A stretch of 54,671 nt of DNA, the filler included, from Dirinaria sp. TL-2023a (Eukaryota): NCBI GenBank assembly GCA_051941275.1. It is 4 parts of 4 records of this genome, joined end to end, with 100 filler letters (N's around TTAATTAATTAA, not from the genome) between each part and the next. Parts side by side here need not be neighbours in the genome. Positions count along the whole stretch, not along the records: positions 1 to 13,624 come from JAVEBF010000670.1; 3 more parts are not named here. The stretch is one strand, 5' to 3'. The stretch's first letter is position 1. Each line of letters opens with the position of its first letter. Under the pieces are notes generated by a model. It had not been told where the DNA came from. It searched no databases and worked only from the letters and a program-made list of their open reading frames with translations. Position numbers and translations under genes: made by a program. This document shows positions 1 to 11,094 of this stretch, piece after piece.

Positions 1-1040
1 GTGAAGGTGGTGTGTTAGTGAAGGAGGGTGAGGGTGGCTGTAGTGATTATCTTTTTTTTACTCTTCTTCAAGCTCTTTCTCTTAGATCGAATAGATAAAC
101 ACATGGGAAAATGTGATTTAATTTTTCAATAGCGCTGTGATCTTTATTTATTCCTAGGTAAGCTGTGAGAACAAATCCCTAATATTTAAAACTTCGAGAA
201 TCAAATTCTGTCCCAAGAAAGAAGAAAATAGCTGGGAAGAAGTAACTCAGAGCAGTATCGATTCATGATATTCTTGAAATTTATTCTCAGCGAAAAATAG
301 CTAGTCTACATACCTTCGTTCCTGACTGCCTTTCTCCTACTCCTTTCTAGAGAGGCTTTGATCTGATTAGCTCGCTCTCCCTTTATCTATTTATCTGAAT
401 CTAAGTTTTTGTTAGAAGGGAAAAGTGGGGAAAGGGAGCAGGATGAGATATATGAGTTTCCATCTCTCGCAAAATTGCGCTTGGGCTGATATCTTCTGAA
501 TGGGTATGATATAATGATAAAAGGGGCAGGTTGGGAGAAAGGTGGGTTGAACATGAGTGTGGTAGTACGAGCACATAGAGGATTGATTCAAAAGGGCGAG
601 GAAAGGGGATTAAGATGATTCTTCTAGAAATTTTTTTTAAGGGTGGATTGGGATTTAGGTTTTGGTTCGAGGATAACAGAGAGAAGATGGCATGAGGTGG
701 GATAGGACGAGGCTTTTATAGGGGAGGAACCTTCTTCCCATGCTGTTCATATGCTGGCGTGTACCTGTGAAGTGGGTTGGTATTGGAGAGGAGTGGGCAA
801 AAGGGACTGGAGAGTGGAGGGACGAAGTTTGGGGGAAATACGGTTCTGGGCTCGAGCTAAGAGTGTTCAAGCACGCGGGATAGGACATGATTTCACGGAG
901 TGAACCGTTCGAGGCGACATGCATCCATAGTTTGGGAATCTCTTCATCTCTGTCTCTCAGTTGCGGCATGTTGATCTGCTGGCTTCTCTGCCTCTTCTAG
1001 TCTTCGCGTGGGAAGTCTGTTCTTCTTCTTCCTTCTTCGC

Positions 1041-2679
1041 TCAAGTGTTCTTCGCACCCGCCACGAGCGCAATCAGAGCCGCTCCTACGCCTGATCCGTC
1101 CTTTGCAATCCCGATCCGAATTCTCTGCTCCTTCTTCCCAATCCCCTCCACCTCCCGCAGCGCTTCGCGGATGTATTCTTCAAAACCGGGGTAATACTCC
1201 ACTAAACTCCCATCGACGCCGATATCTACTACATTCGCTTGGCCGGCATCGACCTCTGTGTGCAGCTGCTCCGCGATATGTCCTTCGGTCGAATCATCGA
1301 GACTGCCCGTTGAAAGGATGACAGCTGCGATGGCCACGGCGGCGAGACGCGCGCTGCGTTTGCCGATGGCCGCTACGAGAATCTTGACGGCTTCGGCATC
1401 TTCGCTCGAGGCGGCGTCGACGCTGAGATCGCGGGCTAGCGCTTGGCGCGTGATGCGGTAGCCTTGAGAGTGGTCCTCATGGACGATGCTGAGGAAACTG
1501 GTATCGATGCCCCAAGGCTTGTAAAGCGGAGAGTCATCGGCGATGGTCGTTGTGGAGTGAATGTCATTGCTTGAGCTGTTTTCGTCCCTGAAAAGCTGGC
1601 ATTTAGGGTTGTTTAGCAGGGCGAGGATGGCATGTCGGAGGATCTCGCCGAGGAACATGCCTGAAACGCGTTTTTCAAACATTTGGATCCCGGGGTTCAC
1701 GCTGACTGCGTCCAGACTGCGGTCGTACGGCGTGTCTGGGAGGACGGACATTTGGTTGTCGAAGGAACCCCATTCCGTGTTGATAATCATGTTGCTGGTT
1801 GATTTATCGTATTCGGATGCATCTGTTATCGAAGCCAGCTTCTTTACACGGTCCAGTTTTTCGACGTAAGCGCCATTCGTGCCCGTTCCAAAGATGCCCC
1901 CCAACAGTGTCCCCGTCTTGCCAGGGGAAGTGTATGACCGGGCCATTAGTGTGCCGACCGTGTCGTTCACAAGGGCTGCCACTTTTACAGGAAGGTTCAG
2001 AGCGTCAATCTCGTTTTGCAGCAATTCACATACGTCCTTGCCTATCGCATCATCGATGTCGAATCCCTTTGTCCAGCGGATAAGCTTTCCTCTGTTTATA
2101 CCAATTTGCTGTACCGGAAAACTGAAAGTAAATCCCAATTGGAATATGTCTTCATTTTCAATGCCATCTCGCCTTCTCTGCTGATGCGCTTCGAAGTGGT
2201 CATTATGGTGTGTTTTGAGGAAAGTTTCGATTTGCTTGGCTAGAAACGAGAAAAGTTCTGAGGCGGTTTTGGCCGTCATGAGAGCTCTTGGGATAGCCAC
2301 TTTTGATTGTGTAAGCGAGAAGGTTGTGTCCCCATTGAGCTGTACAGAGCAAACCCGGAAATTGGTCCCGCCCAGATCGACGGCAAGATATAGGCCCTTT
2401 GATAGAGGAATCAGAGGACTTCCGTTGCTCGAGGAAGTTCAACCTTACCTTTTCAGTACCATTGGGAACAGCAGTCACGTAGGTGGGTATTTGGGACATT
2501 GACGTGCCGGTCTGTTGCAGGCCCTCGTCTGCCCTCGAATACTTCAGCTTTGATGCTTTTGAGCTCCGTTCAAGATACTAACCCATCTGCTGTATGAACT
2601 CTTTAACGCCCTTATTTACATCCTTTGGCGAATACTCGAACTCCGCAGCTACTTTCTTTGCCTCATCCATCAACGCCAT
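1041..2679 (-). CDS. glkA: Glucokinase (fungal hexokinase family); exons 2679-2583, 2528-2449, 2396-1041
   Basis: Spliced product MALMDEAKKVAAEFEY...[29 protein letters not shown]; hexokinase motifs LGFTFSFP, RWTKGF, VNDTVGT, GTGTNGAY, INTEWGSF, FEKRVSGMFLGE, DGSGVGAA; donors GTTAGT and GTAAGG with frame-consistent acceptors. Confidence 0.93.
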
Positions 2680-3697
2680 CTTGTGTAGTGTTGAGGTGGG
2701 TAGAGGTTCGAAGATGGGGATATTTGGACAGAGAGCGACCGAGTCTACGCTGCTGCCGTGACGCGAGACTGCCCGGAAGCTTGGAACCAAACGTATATTC
2801 GGAGGCAGTAGGAACTGAGTAACGAGTACGACGACTAAAAAAGCAAACGAGACGACTTGAGGAAGAGAGAAAGAATATCTACGGGACAATTTTGACGATA
2901 GCTTCAGGTCGGCAGTATCGTATGTGCCTGGCAGATTCGACGGCGTCTCGAAAGTTGAAGGAACATGAGATTCAGAAAGCGCCAATGCTACTGCTAAGAG
3001 GCAGAAGGCCGGTCGAGGCTGAAATGTCCAAAGATGGGCTAATATTGCTCCCCAAGCTCTCCTTCAAATGACAGTCCACAATCGCCTTTCGACCACGGAC
3101 TCCCACCAACCAGTTCCTTCTGTTCGCCGATACACAGCGGAATACCTGGTAGACAGACGTTACGCAGCTCGCACTCAGAAGGCTGAAGGCTGCTGTAACA
3201 TCAAATGCGGGGAAGCTTTGGGCTAGCTACGGAGCTCTCGAGGCTTTCAGCTGGATAGGTCCGGGCAGGATTTTGTATTACATGTGAAGACTTTCAAAGT
3301 CTGCAATGCATTTATCACAGATTCAATGCAAATCAATGTACAAGTTCAGGTCTTTTTTGGCTTCGAGAGCAAAGTCTTGAGAAATGTCGTCTCCAAGCCT
3401 ACCTTAATGCAATCTACTAAGGTACTCGTACTCTAGCCCTACAGCGTCGGAGTCAAGGCCCGACCAGCCGATGCGGATTGGACTCCAATTGCTGTTGTCA
3501 GTCGTCTTTGCATTTCGTCCAGGCAAGCGAGCAGTTCTGGAATGAACTCTCGTTTTCTTTGAATAGATCCTGGACGTTATGAAAGCGTGATGCGCAGGAT
3601 ACCAGTATTCTGATCCCTCCTTGAGTCTCTTCCAGTCGCTTCCCAAGACCGAACTATACCTACAACATCCCGAAAAAGCTACCTATTTGTCACAATA

Positions 3698-4373
3698 ATG
3701 GGCCAATTCTCCTCAAAACCGCCTCCATCAAGCACGGAACATGTATTTTCTAGGTGAGCGCCCACTGTGCAAACTATTGATTCTGCCGGGAGTCGCTAAT
3801 TCGTGTTAACAGCGAAACCCCCGTCCGCTTCTCCCAAGACCTCTTAAATGCTCTCGAAGCCAGCCCAGAAGTAAGCTATATGTGATATCTTGGAAGTATT
3901 GCTCCGACGTAATTGACAGACACTCCATTCAGACGAACAGCACACGCTTCTCTGACCTTGAACTCCACATCCAACGCCGGGTTGCCGCCGAGCTCGAGCG
4001 TCTGTCCAACGAAACTTCCCAACAGCTGTCCAATCTTGCCGACTCCATTTCCGCCGAAACCCCCTTTGAATCCTATGCTGACTCTGGTACCTCCGCGATC
4101 CTTCCTAATACGAAGGAGGAGACCGACAAGAAGCACGATCTAGGCCGACAAAGCGTACAAAAAGAGATCGATGAGCTGAAACGGAAATTACGTCAACGGA
4201 GGGTAAAGGAGGAAGTGGTAGGGGATGAACGGGTGGAGGGTGCAAAGGAGAGTGTGGTAAAGTGCCTAAAGGAGAACGACCGAAGACCGTTGGATTGTTG
4301 GAAAGAGGTGGAGACATTCAAGAAAGAGGTCGGTAGACTGGAGAAGGGTTTCCTGGGGAGGGTATGGGACTGA
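3698..4373 (+). CDS. MIC19: MICOS complex subunit Mic19 (DUF1690-type); exons 3698-3753, 3813-3870, 3933-4373
   Basis: N-terminal MG (myristoylation-type) MGQFSSK, then TPVRFSQDLLNALE, a coiled coil, and C-terminal VKCLKENDRRPLDCWKEVETFK; two canonical introns restore the frame. Confidence 0.85.
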
Positions 4374-4995
4374 TTGGATGATGTGATAGAAGCAGCTTTG
4401 TATCATACAGCAGCGTCCAGGAGAGTGCCGCACTCAATTAAAGGGAGCATGTCTCGTTAATGGATGAACAAGTGCATTTCTATCCCTGATCGCATAGTCG
4501 AACAGGCTTTGATCTTGTCTACCCCCCTCTAGTCTCGATATGCGTCGCCAATCCATGAAACCTATTGGATTTCTATGTAAAGATTACCCTGTCATGTGCG
4601 CGCAGCCCTTTTCGAATTCCAAGACCCCTCGGGGGTCTTGCTACTGCAAGCACAAAACGCTGCAGCTCCAGATCCTAACGCACCGTAAACGTAGTCTGAG
4701 GGTAGGAAAATCGTCCCATCCGGATGCTACGCTTACATGGCAGGTGCTGCAACCCTTTTCCCGCTAATGGTAGTCTAGCATACAATCACGAATTGCCAGC
4801 CATTGGAGTGGGGGCTGCGGGATGTCCCAGCTGAGCACGGTGGCCTTGCCCCCATTTCCAGTCCTCCATCTCGAGGACATATGCAGCTACCGTTTAGATA
4901 GATGCCAGGATCGGAAAATCAAAGCAGTCGATGAGCGGTGATTGTTTGAGGTTGCGTCACGAGTCTCATTAGGTAATCTGAACAGGGCAAGTGCT

Positions 4996-5733
4996 TCATC
5001 CTTCTCTTGATTTATTCACCGCCAGATGATCTGCAATCTCAATCCTTCTCCTGACAACTTTCGCGCCAGAAGGTTTCAGACGCCGATAATAGCCTTCAAT
5101 GACACCTTCCTCGATTGCAAAACCCCGATGCCGGTACCACTCGATCGCCTCTATATTTGCCTCCCAAACATGGGCGTAGATGTGCGTGACCTTCTCGTAA
5201 TGCTCAATGATCGTTTTAATAATGGTATCTAGAAGGTTGGCCGCAATGCCACAACGTCTGAAAGGTGATAAGACGGCAATGGTCTGGATGTAGAGCTGCC
5301 TTGTGTCGGAAGAATCCGATGGTGGGTCCTCCAGTCGGCATTGAATGCCGCCCACCACTTTGCCACTTGCAAGATCTGACGATATCATCGTACCAGAGGT
5401 AGGAACATCTCTCCACAGCGCTACGCGAGCGAGGGCGGTCTCCGTCGTGTCCGCCACGGAATCCCCGAAGAACCTATCCGGATATCGTATCGGTAGTAGG
5501 ACGGTGATCAGGCGGCGGTATGAAGGCACGGTACTTGGAGTAATTGGATGAATGTGGACTTGTGGATGTTGTGGCCGCTTTTGCACATGGTAATCCCCGT
5601 CAATGTACATCGGCGGGTGTGGGTGGAATGGCTTATCATTTCCATAAGCTGAGAGAAAGGCTGCTTCCTGCTGTGCTGAAGGTGGAGTCATGCTCAGCTT
5701 GCTGCCCAACTGGGACACTTTCGTGAAGTCCAT
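4996..5733 (-). CDS. GNAT family N-acetyltransferase (Naa50/Nat5-like); start codon uncertain
   Basis: LLPIRYPDRFF, LYIQTIAVLSPFRRCGIA (acetyl-CoA motif A), IYAHVWEANIEAIEWYRHRGF, GYYRRLKP. Confidence 0.8.
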   Translation of the reverse strand: MDFTKVSQLGSKLSMTPPSAQQEAAFLSAYGNDKPFHPHPPMYIDGDYHVQKRPQHPQVHIHPITPSTVPSYRRLITVLLPIRYPDRFFGDSVADTTETALARVALWRDVPTSGTMISSDLASGKVVGGIQCRLEDPPSDSSDTRQLYIQTIAVLSPFRRCGIAANLLDTIIKTIIEHYEKVTHIYAHVWEANIEAIEWYRHRGFAIEEGVIEGYYRRLKPSGAKVVRRRIEIADHLAVNKSREG

Positions 5734-6495
5734 CGACTATTATTATGTACGCCATCAACGAATTTGGATCACGGAACACTGCATGCCGCTTCAAGGAAAG
5801 CACCTCAAAATGTACATCCATGAATGGGAGGCTCGGAGGATGGCTGACTGGAAGGGTGTCCTTCATTCGGGGAGGACTCCGTAATTTACAGTACGCTAAG
5901 TTTGAAAACATACAGGGTCTTCCAGTTCTATTCCACTGTAAGCCGGCCCGACCCTCTCGGCGCGAAGGTCGGCGAGGTTGGATTGAAGACCCAGTGTTAT
6001 GGTTCCTGGGTCGGGAAGCGCCTATTCGTGAAGAGCTAAAAGATGGAGGGTGGTTGAGCTTGGGGACATTGAGCAATCGAATTCCGTATTTCCAGTGGAC
6101 TGGAGTGCAGTCGAGCGCTGTTGCTTTGCTCACTGTCTCGGGGTTATGAGTAGAACAATGTCAGACTATGCCCTGAACAAAAACACTACTTCTACTGCCT
6201 GCCATGGTTCCTCCATAGCACTATATCGCTTCATCACTTCATGTTATGATGCCGAAACCCTGCACCTTCATAAAGCTTCCCATTGCTTAGATTGGGAGAA
6301 GATGAGTTCGCCCTTGATATCCCTGAACAGCCGTATCCAACGTTATCCTTTTGACAACCTCCATTGGCTGTGGAACTCTGAGCGAGTGCGGCCAGAAATG
6401 AGAGGTTTTAACCTTCCATCGTCGCTATTGCTATTGGGAGGCCTGAGGTGATGAGAACGAGCTAGTCGCGAGTAAACACTGATCAAGCGGGTTGG

Positions 6496-7091
6496 TCACA
6501 CGTTATCCTCGTTCTCTTCGACCACCCTCGCTTTCATGATCTTGACGTGCTCAGTGGGTCGGTCCTCCACTCCAGTCTTCACAAGGCCCATCCTCTGCAC
6601 TACTCGAAGCCCGCTCTTGACTCTACCGAATATCGTATGCTTGCCGTCTAGCCAGGGGGTAGGTGCAAGTGTAATGAAGAATTGGCTGCCATTAGTGTTT
6701 GGACCGCTATTTGCCATACTCAAAACACCTGCACCAGTATGCTTTAGGGATGGATTGATCTCGTCCTCGAATTTCTCCCCGTAGATGGAGCTACCGCCTC
6801 GACCAGTGCCTGTTGGATCACCAGTCTGAATCATGAAATTTGGGATTATCCGGTGAACAATGACGTTATTGTAGTATCCTTTTTGAGCCAGAGAAGCGAA
6901 ATTTCTACACGTCTATATCGAATCAGCCTGGTCCCGGAGCATTTGATCTTTATCGCTACTCTTACTTTTGGAGCATGGTCATTATAAAGCTCAACGACGA
7001 TGCTCCCCTAAAGAAATATCAGCGAACATTAGCAGCACAGCTCAGGTACAGACTCTACCATGGTGGTGTCTAAAGCCACATTAGTGGCCAT
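6496..7091 (-). CDS. PPIL1: Cyclophilin-type peptidyl-prolyl isomerase-like 1 (spliceosomal PPIL1/Cyp1); exons 7091-7059, 7007-6966, 6912-6496
   Basis: [33 protein letters not shown]...[33 protein letters not shown]...[34 protein letters not shown]. Confidence 0.93.
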
Positions 7092-7439
7092 CTTTCCTGT
7101 CTTTATTCATGCAGACAATAACAACCGTTATGTTTGACAAGTACCTGCAGTACAGTACTTACTTACCTTTAGTATCAGAATTGCTGGCGGGCCGACATTC
7201 GCCCGTAGCCATGAACTGCCAAGGCTGCTCACAGAGATCAGAAAGACATCAATGTGACGCTCTCTTCTCAATATCAGACTCTGGCAGTTTGTGTAATTGG
7301 ATGCGACAGGCATGAAAGTGGCATGTCACCAATAACCTCAAATCATCGCCTGTAGCTGTTAAGGCTGTTCATGCTGGCAGGGAACCCACAAATCGCACAG
7401 AAGATCATTGCCCAAAGCTTGAAATAAACAGTAATCACC
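7092..7439. promoter_or_regulatory. Compact divergent intergenic region shared by PPIL1 and ARPC4 (probable bidirectional promoter)
   Basis: The start codons face away from each other, ~350 bp apart. Confidence 0.55.
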
Positions 7440-8177
7440 ATGGCAAGCAAACCACCAGACCTCCAATGAAAAGGTCTCTAATCTCTTACAGTCCCAATCT
7501 CTGCGCCCCTACCTCCAATGCGTCCGCTCTTCCCTGACAGCCGCACTATCCCTCTCGAATTTCGCGTCACAAGCCTCTGAAAGGCATAATGTCCCAGAAA
7601 TCGAAGCAGCATCATCCCCGGAAGTCCTCCTAAACCCTCTGCACGTCTCGCGCAATGAAAACGAAAAAGTCTTGATCGAACCATCCGTCAACAGCGTCCG
7701 CGTCAGTATCAAAATCAAGCAAGCAGACGAGATAGAGAATATACTGGTGCATAAATTCACAAGGTTCTTGACGCAACGCGCGGAGGCTTTTTTCATTCTG
7801 AGGAGGAAGGCTATGAAGGTAGGGTTTTGGCTTTTTTTATCCCGAATAGTAGTGGCATGGGGATGGGGAGACCATTTGCTAAGATAGGTGAAAAGGGCTA
7901 TGATATCTCCTTTCTGATTACCAATGTGCATACGGAGGAGATGCTAAAGCACAAGCTGGTGGACTTCATAATACAATTTATGGAGGAGGTGGATAAGGAG
8001 ATTTCGGAGATGAAACTTTTTGTAAGTCGGTTCCAGTCGGACTTGGTGCCTGATGCTAACATTGGTGAAGTTAAACGCTCGAGCGAGATTTGTGGCAGAG
8101 TCATTCTTAACGCCTGTAAGAGCCTCTTTGCTCCTAAACTTGTATAAGTGCTGATTAGCCTGTACCAGTTTGATTAA
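7440..8177 (+). CDS. ARPC4: Arp2/3 complex 20 kDa subunit; exons 7440-7442, 7492-7818, 7896-8021, 8071-8115, 8169-8177
   Basis: [13 protein letters not shown]...ERHNVPEIE...[55 protein letters not shown]...[30 protein letters not shown]; the first intron is GC-AG. Confidence 0.93.
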
Positions 8178-11094
8178 GTTGCATCATCCATCTTAATCAT
8201 CAAATGATCGACCTTGATCTCGCTTGTACGGCCACTTGTGTTTTCCCAGCATCTGGACGCGGTACGATCGGAACAGAAAAGGACAATGAACCATAGCAGA
8301 GTGGATTTGCTGCCCTCTCTCCCGTTTAAGAAGCTCTTTCAGCACATGGTATGCTGTCTAATTCCCTGGGCTAACCGATGCCATGTGTCTTGAAATAAAA
8401 CTTGTGAGCTTCGATAGAAAATATAGTCCGCTCCACATAGGGAACCTCTCCAATGCAATCTCTTTGAACGTTGCAAGATATATGTAAGCGATGCCACAAT
8501 ATCAATTAGGAGCCTTAAGAGCACTGTGGCGAGCTGTGACTGCCTCTGGCAAGTCTGAGTATAAGCTAGAGCATATTTTGATTCAGCGATGCTATCTACA
8601 AAGCATGGGCCACCAGGTACTATGATCTGTGAGCTTCCCTCTCTCTTAGCATATGCCATATCCTTCTCTATCCCATTCCAATGGCATTATGCAAGTCCTG
8701 ATACGGGCTGAAACAATTTTGCCACTGAAGCTGACAGCTCCCATGCAAATAAATCAAGGTCAAATATTGACAGTGGATGTATCCGCTCATGCCTCCCAAT
8801 GTGTTCGCATTCTATCTCCCAATCTGGTCTGAGGGAAAAGCGATGAGCTGATGCCCCTTATGGCTTTCTTCCTGCGTTCTCCCTTGGATAGGCTATCGTC
8901 AACGATGCCGTGGAAATTCGGTATGCTAGCTGTTGACGACCCTTTTACCCGGATTAAGAGAAGATATCCGTAAGGTAGATGTTACTGAACAGCAGTGTCA
9001 TCGTCCAGTGTCCTTCAGCTGCCAAGTAGGTTTTTGTTGATCCCATTTTCCCGTAGTATCGAAGTAGTTGTATCTTGTATGACAACTACGCTCTCCTATC
9101 ATGAGAATTAGCACCTTCATTCGTAGCCCCTTTGAGGATGACTTACTACTCGAAACTGTTGCCTATCCAGCATGGCCTTTCAAATATATTGAGTTGTGCC
9201 CTCAACGCCGGTGTTTTAGTCCCATTGGAAAATCACTCTTTCATAGCGCCGCAGTGCCTGGCAATTTGCTTCTAAACAGGACGATTCTCGGTGGTCAGCT
9301 TGAGAAGGTGGTCTTTAGGATGAGCTGGACCCTCTACCTGATTGGGACGAGATTGCTTGCTGCCATTCAGAGATCGTACTATCCCAATGGATGGAAGTGC
9401 GGACAAGGCACTCAGCGCTCTTTTGCAGTGAGACAAATCTAGCCCATGGCGCTGCTGGTACTGGAAGCTCGTCTCCCGCTGGTGCTGTCATTGTCTGCAT
9501 GTGACCACGGCCCAAAGACAAGGTCCTACATAACTGAAGCTCCGTCAAGAAAGCGCCTCACTCCGTGCGGAGATTCCGCAGGGACTGCAGGTCATGAGGA
9601 TCGAGGCTTCGAGAGCTGAAGACCCATCTGAGTTCATGTCGAAGGGGCCAACATTGGTCCGAGCCTGGAAGAAATTGAAACTGCCCCATGTATGGAAGCT
9701 CCACACTTGCCACACGTCAGGGATGTATGACGGTGACCTACACCGCCGCTGACAAGGTTACATTGGGCTATCTCTCGGGCTGGACTGCTCAGAACCCTCT
9801 CACCGGTCCTGGAGCATCGGCATAGAAGGCCTCAGCTGCGAGCTGTGACTGTGAGGGCTTGTACACTCTATCTATTCTGCCGAAGCGTCACATCACTACA
9901 GTCCGCAACTCTCATTCAACCAGCTCTTTTAGGCCTCGAGCTTAACGCAAAGCATTGCAGGAGGGCTCGAGAGTATAAGGTACCCGAGGGGACCCGGCCT
10001 TATTCCTAAAATGGCCCATAGCTTTCAAGGTATCCATGATGACAGAGGCATTTGTCAAGTGATACAATGCCCCTGAACTGAGGGTAGGTATCATCTGATG
10101 GAGAATCGGACAAGGAGAAACATCTTCTGGGACCCACTGTTCAGACCCCAAGCTACCTCACATCCAATGACAAGGGCACTTCTCACAGACCAGTACAAAG
10201 CTTCACAACCGTCTTTTGAGTAGAATCCCGTAGCATCGGCCGATACCTAGCCGAACCACGCTAGTGACCTGCCCTTGATCGTCTGCTCAAATTTTCTCAC
10301 TTTTCCTCCTCCTGCTTTCATATCTTCCTCCATATTTTTCATCACCCATCATCTTGTTCACTTTCATCCAGTACTTCAATCAGTATTAAGACAGTAGGCT
10401 AGTGCGTCGTAAAGCCCGTTGTCTCCATCCTACTCCTGCTGGTAGGATACTTTTGTAAGTGCTCCAAAGGGTCCTGTACACAGCCTGCTTGGGCTTGTGA
10501 CTAAGAAGGATCTAGTACCCCTTGCACTGCTCATCTTTCGAGTCTCTTGCAGAGACATACCCTCGTACAAGAGAGGACTTGTGTCTTTCAGTAGACAAGT
10601 TCGTAATCTCTATCTGAGATCAGACGTCTTCACTTCCTTGCCTCGCCAGCCTCGACACGCCCCTTTTGTCCTGCTCTTCCAAGTTGGCTAAGAGGCTTAC
10701 TCGTGTCTTGATATCCTCAGCATTATCCATTAATATCTGCCAAAGATCTTGAACAGGTAAGTCTCCTAGGTCTTGACGTGATCGACTGGATCTTGCTGAC
10801 ATGGTCGGAAAGCAAATCCTTACGCTCCGAGACCATTGACAACACAATCAGCAACGCGAAGGCTGCATATAGCCATCGTGCTTAGTATTGGTAAGCAGTC
10901 TCTCTCCATTCTTTCTCGTGCCTATAAGTATTTTCCTTGCAGTGTTTCCCATAGCACGAATTAGTCCATTGTAGTGAGCGGTTCTTGTTATGTTCTTTAC
11001 CCGCACGACCCAGTCAATGCCTTGCATACGGTTGAGTCTGTAAGTTAATATAACACGTTCACTAAGGCTGCTTCACCTGGTAGGTTAAGTGGTT

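Noticed and set aside
655..969. 104-aa minus-strand ORF downstream of glucokinase
   Set aside because: Lies in the probable 3' UTR/terminator region; no recognisable motif
8340..10160. Several 70-110 aa ORFs and protein-like minus-strand text between ARPC4 and the RNA-binding gene
   Set aside because: No coherent frame, splice model or motif; cannot be told apart from intergenic noise without a search
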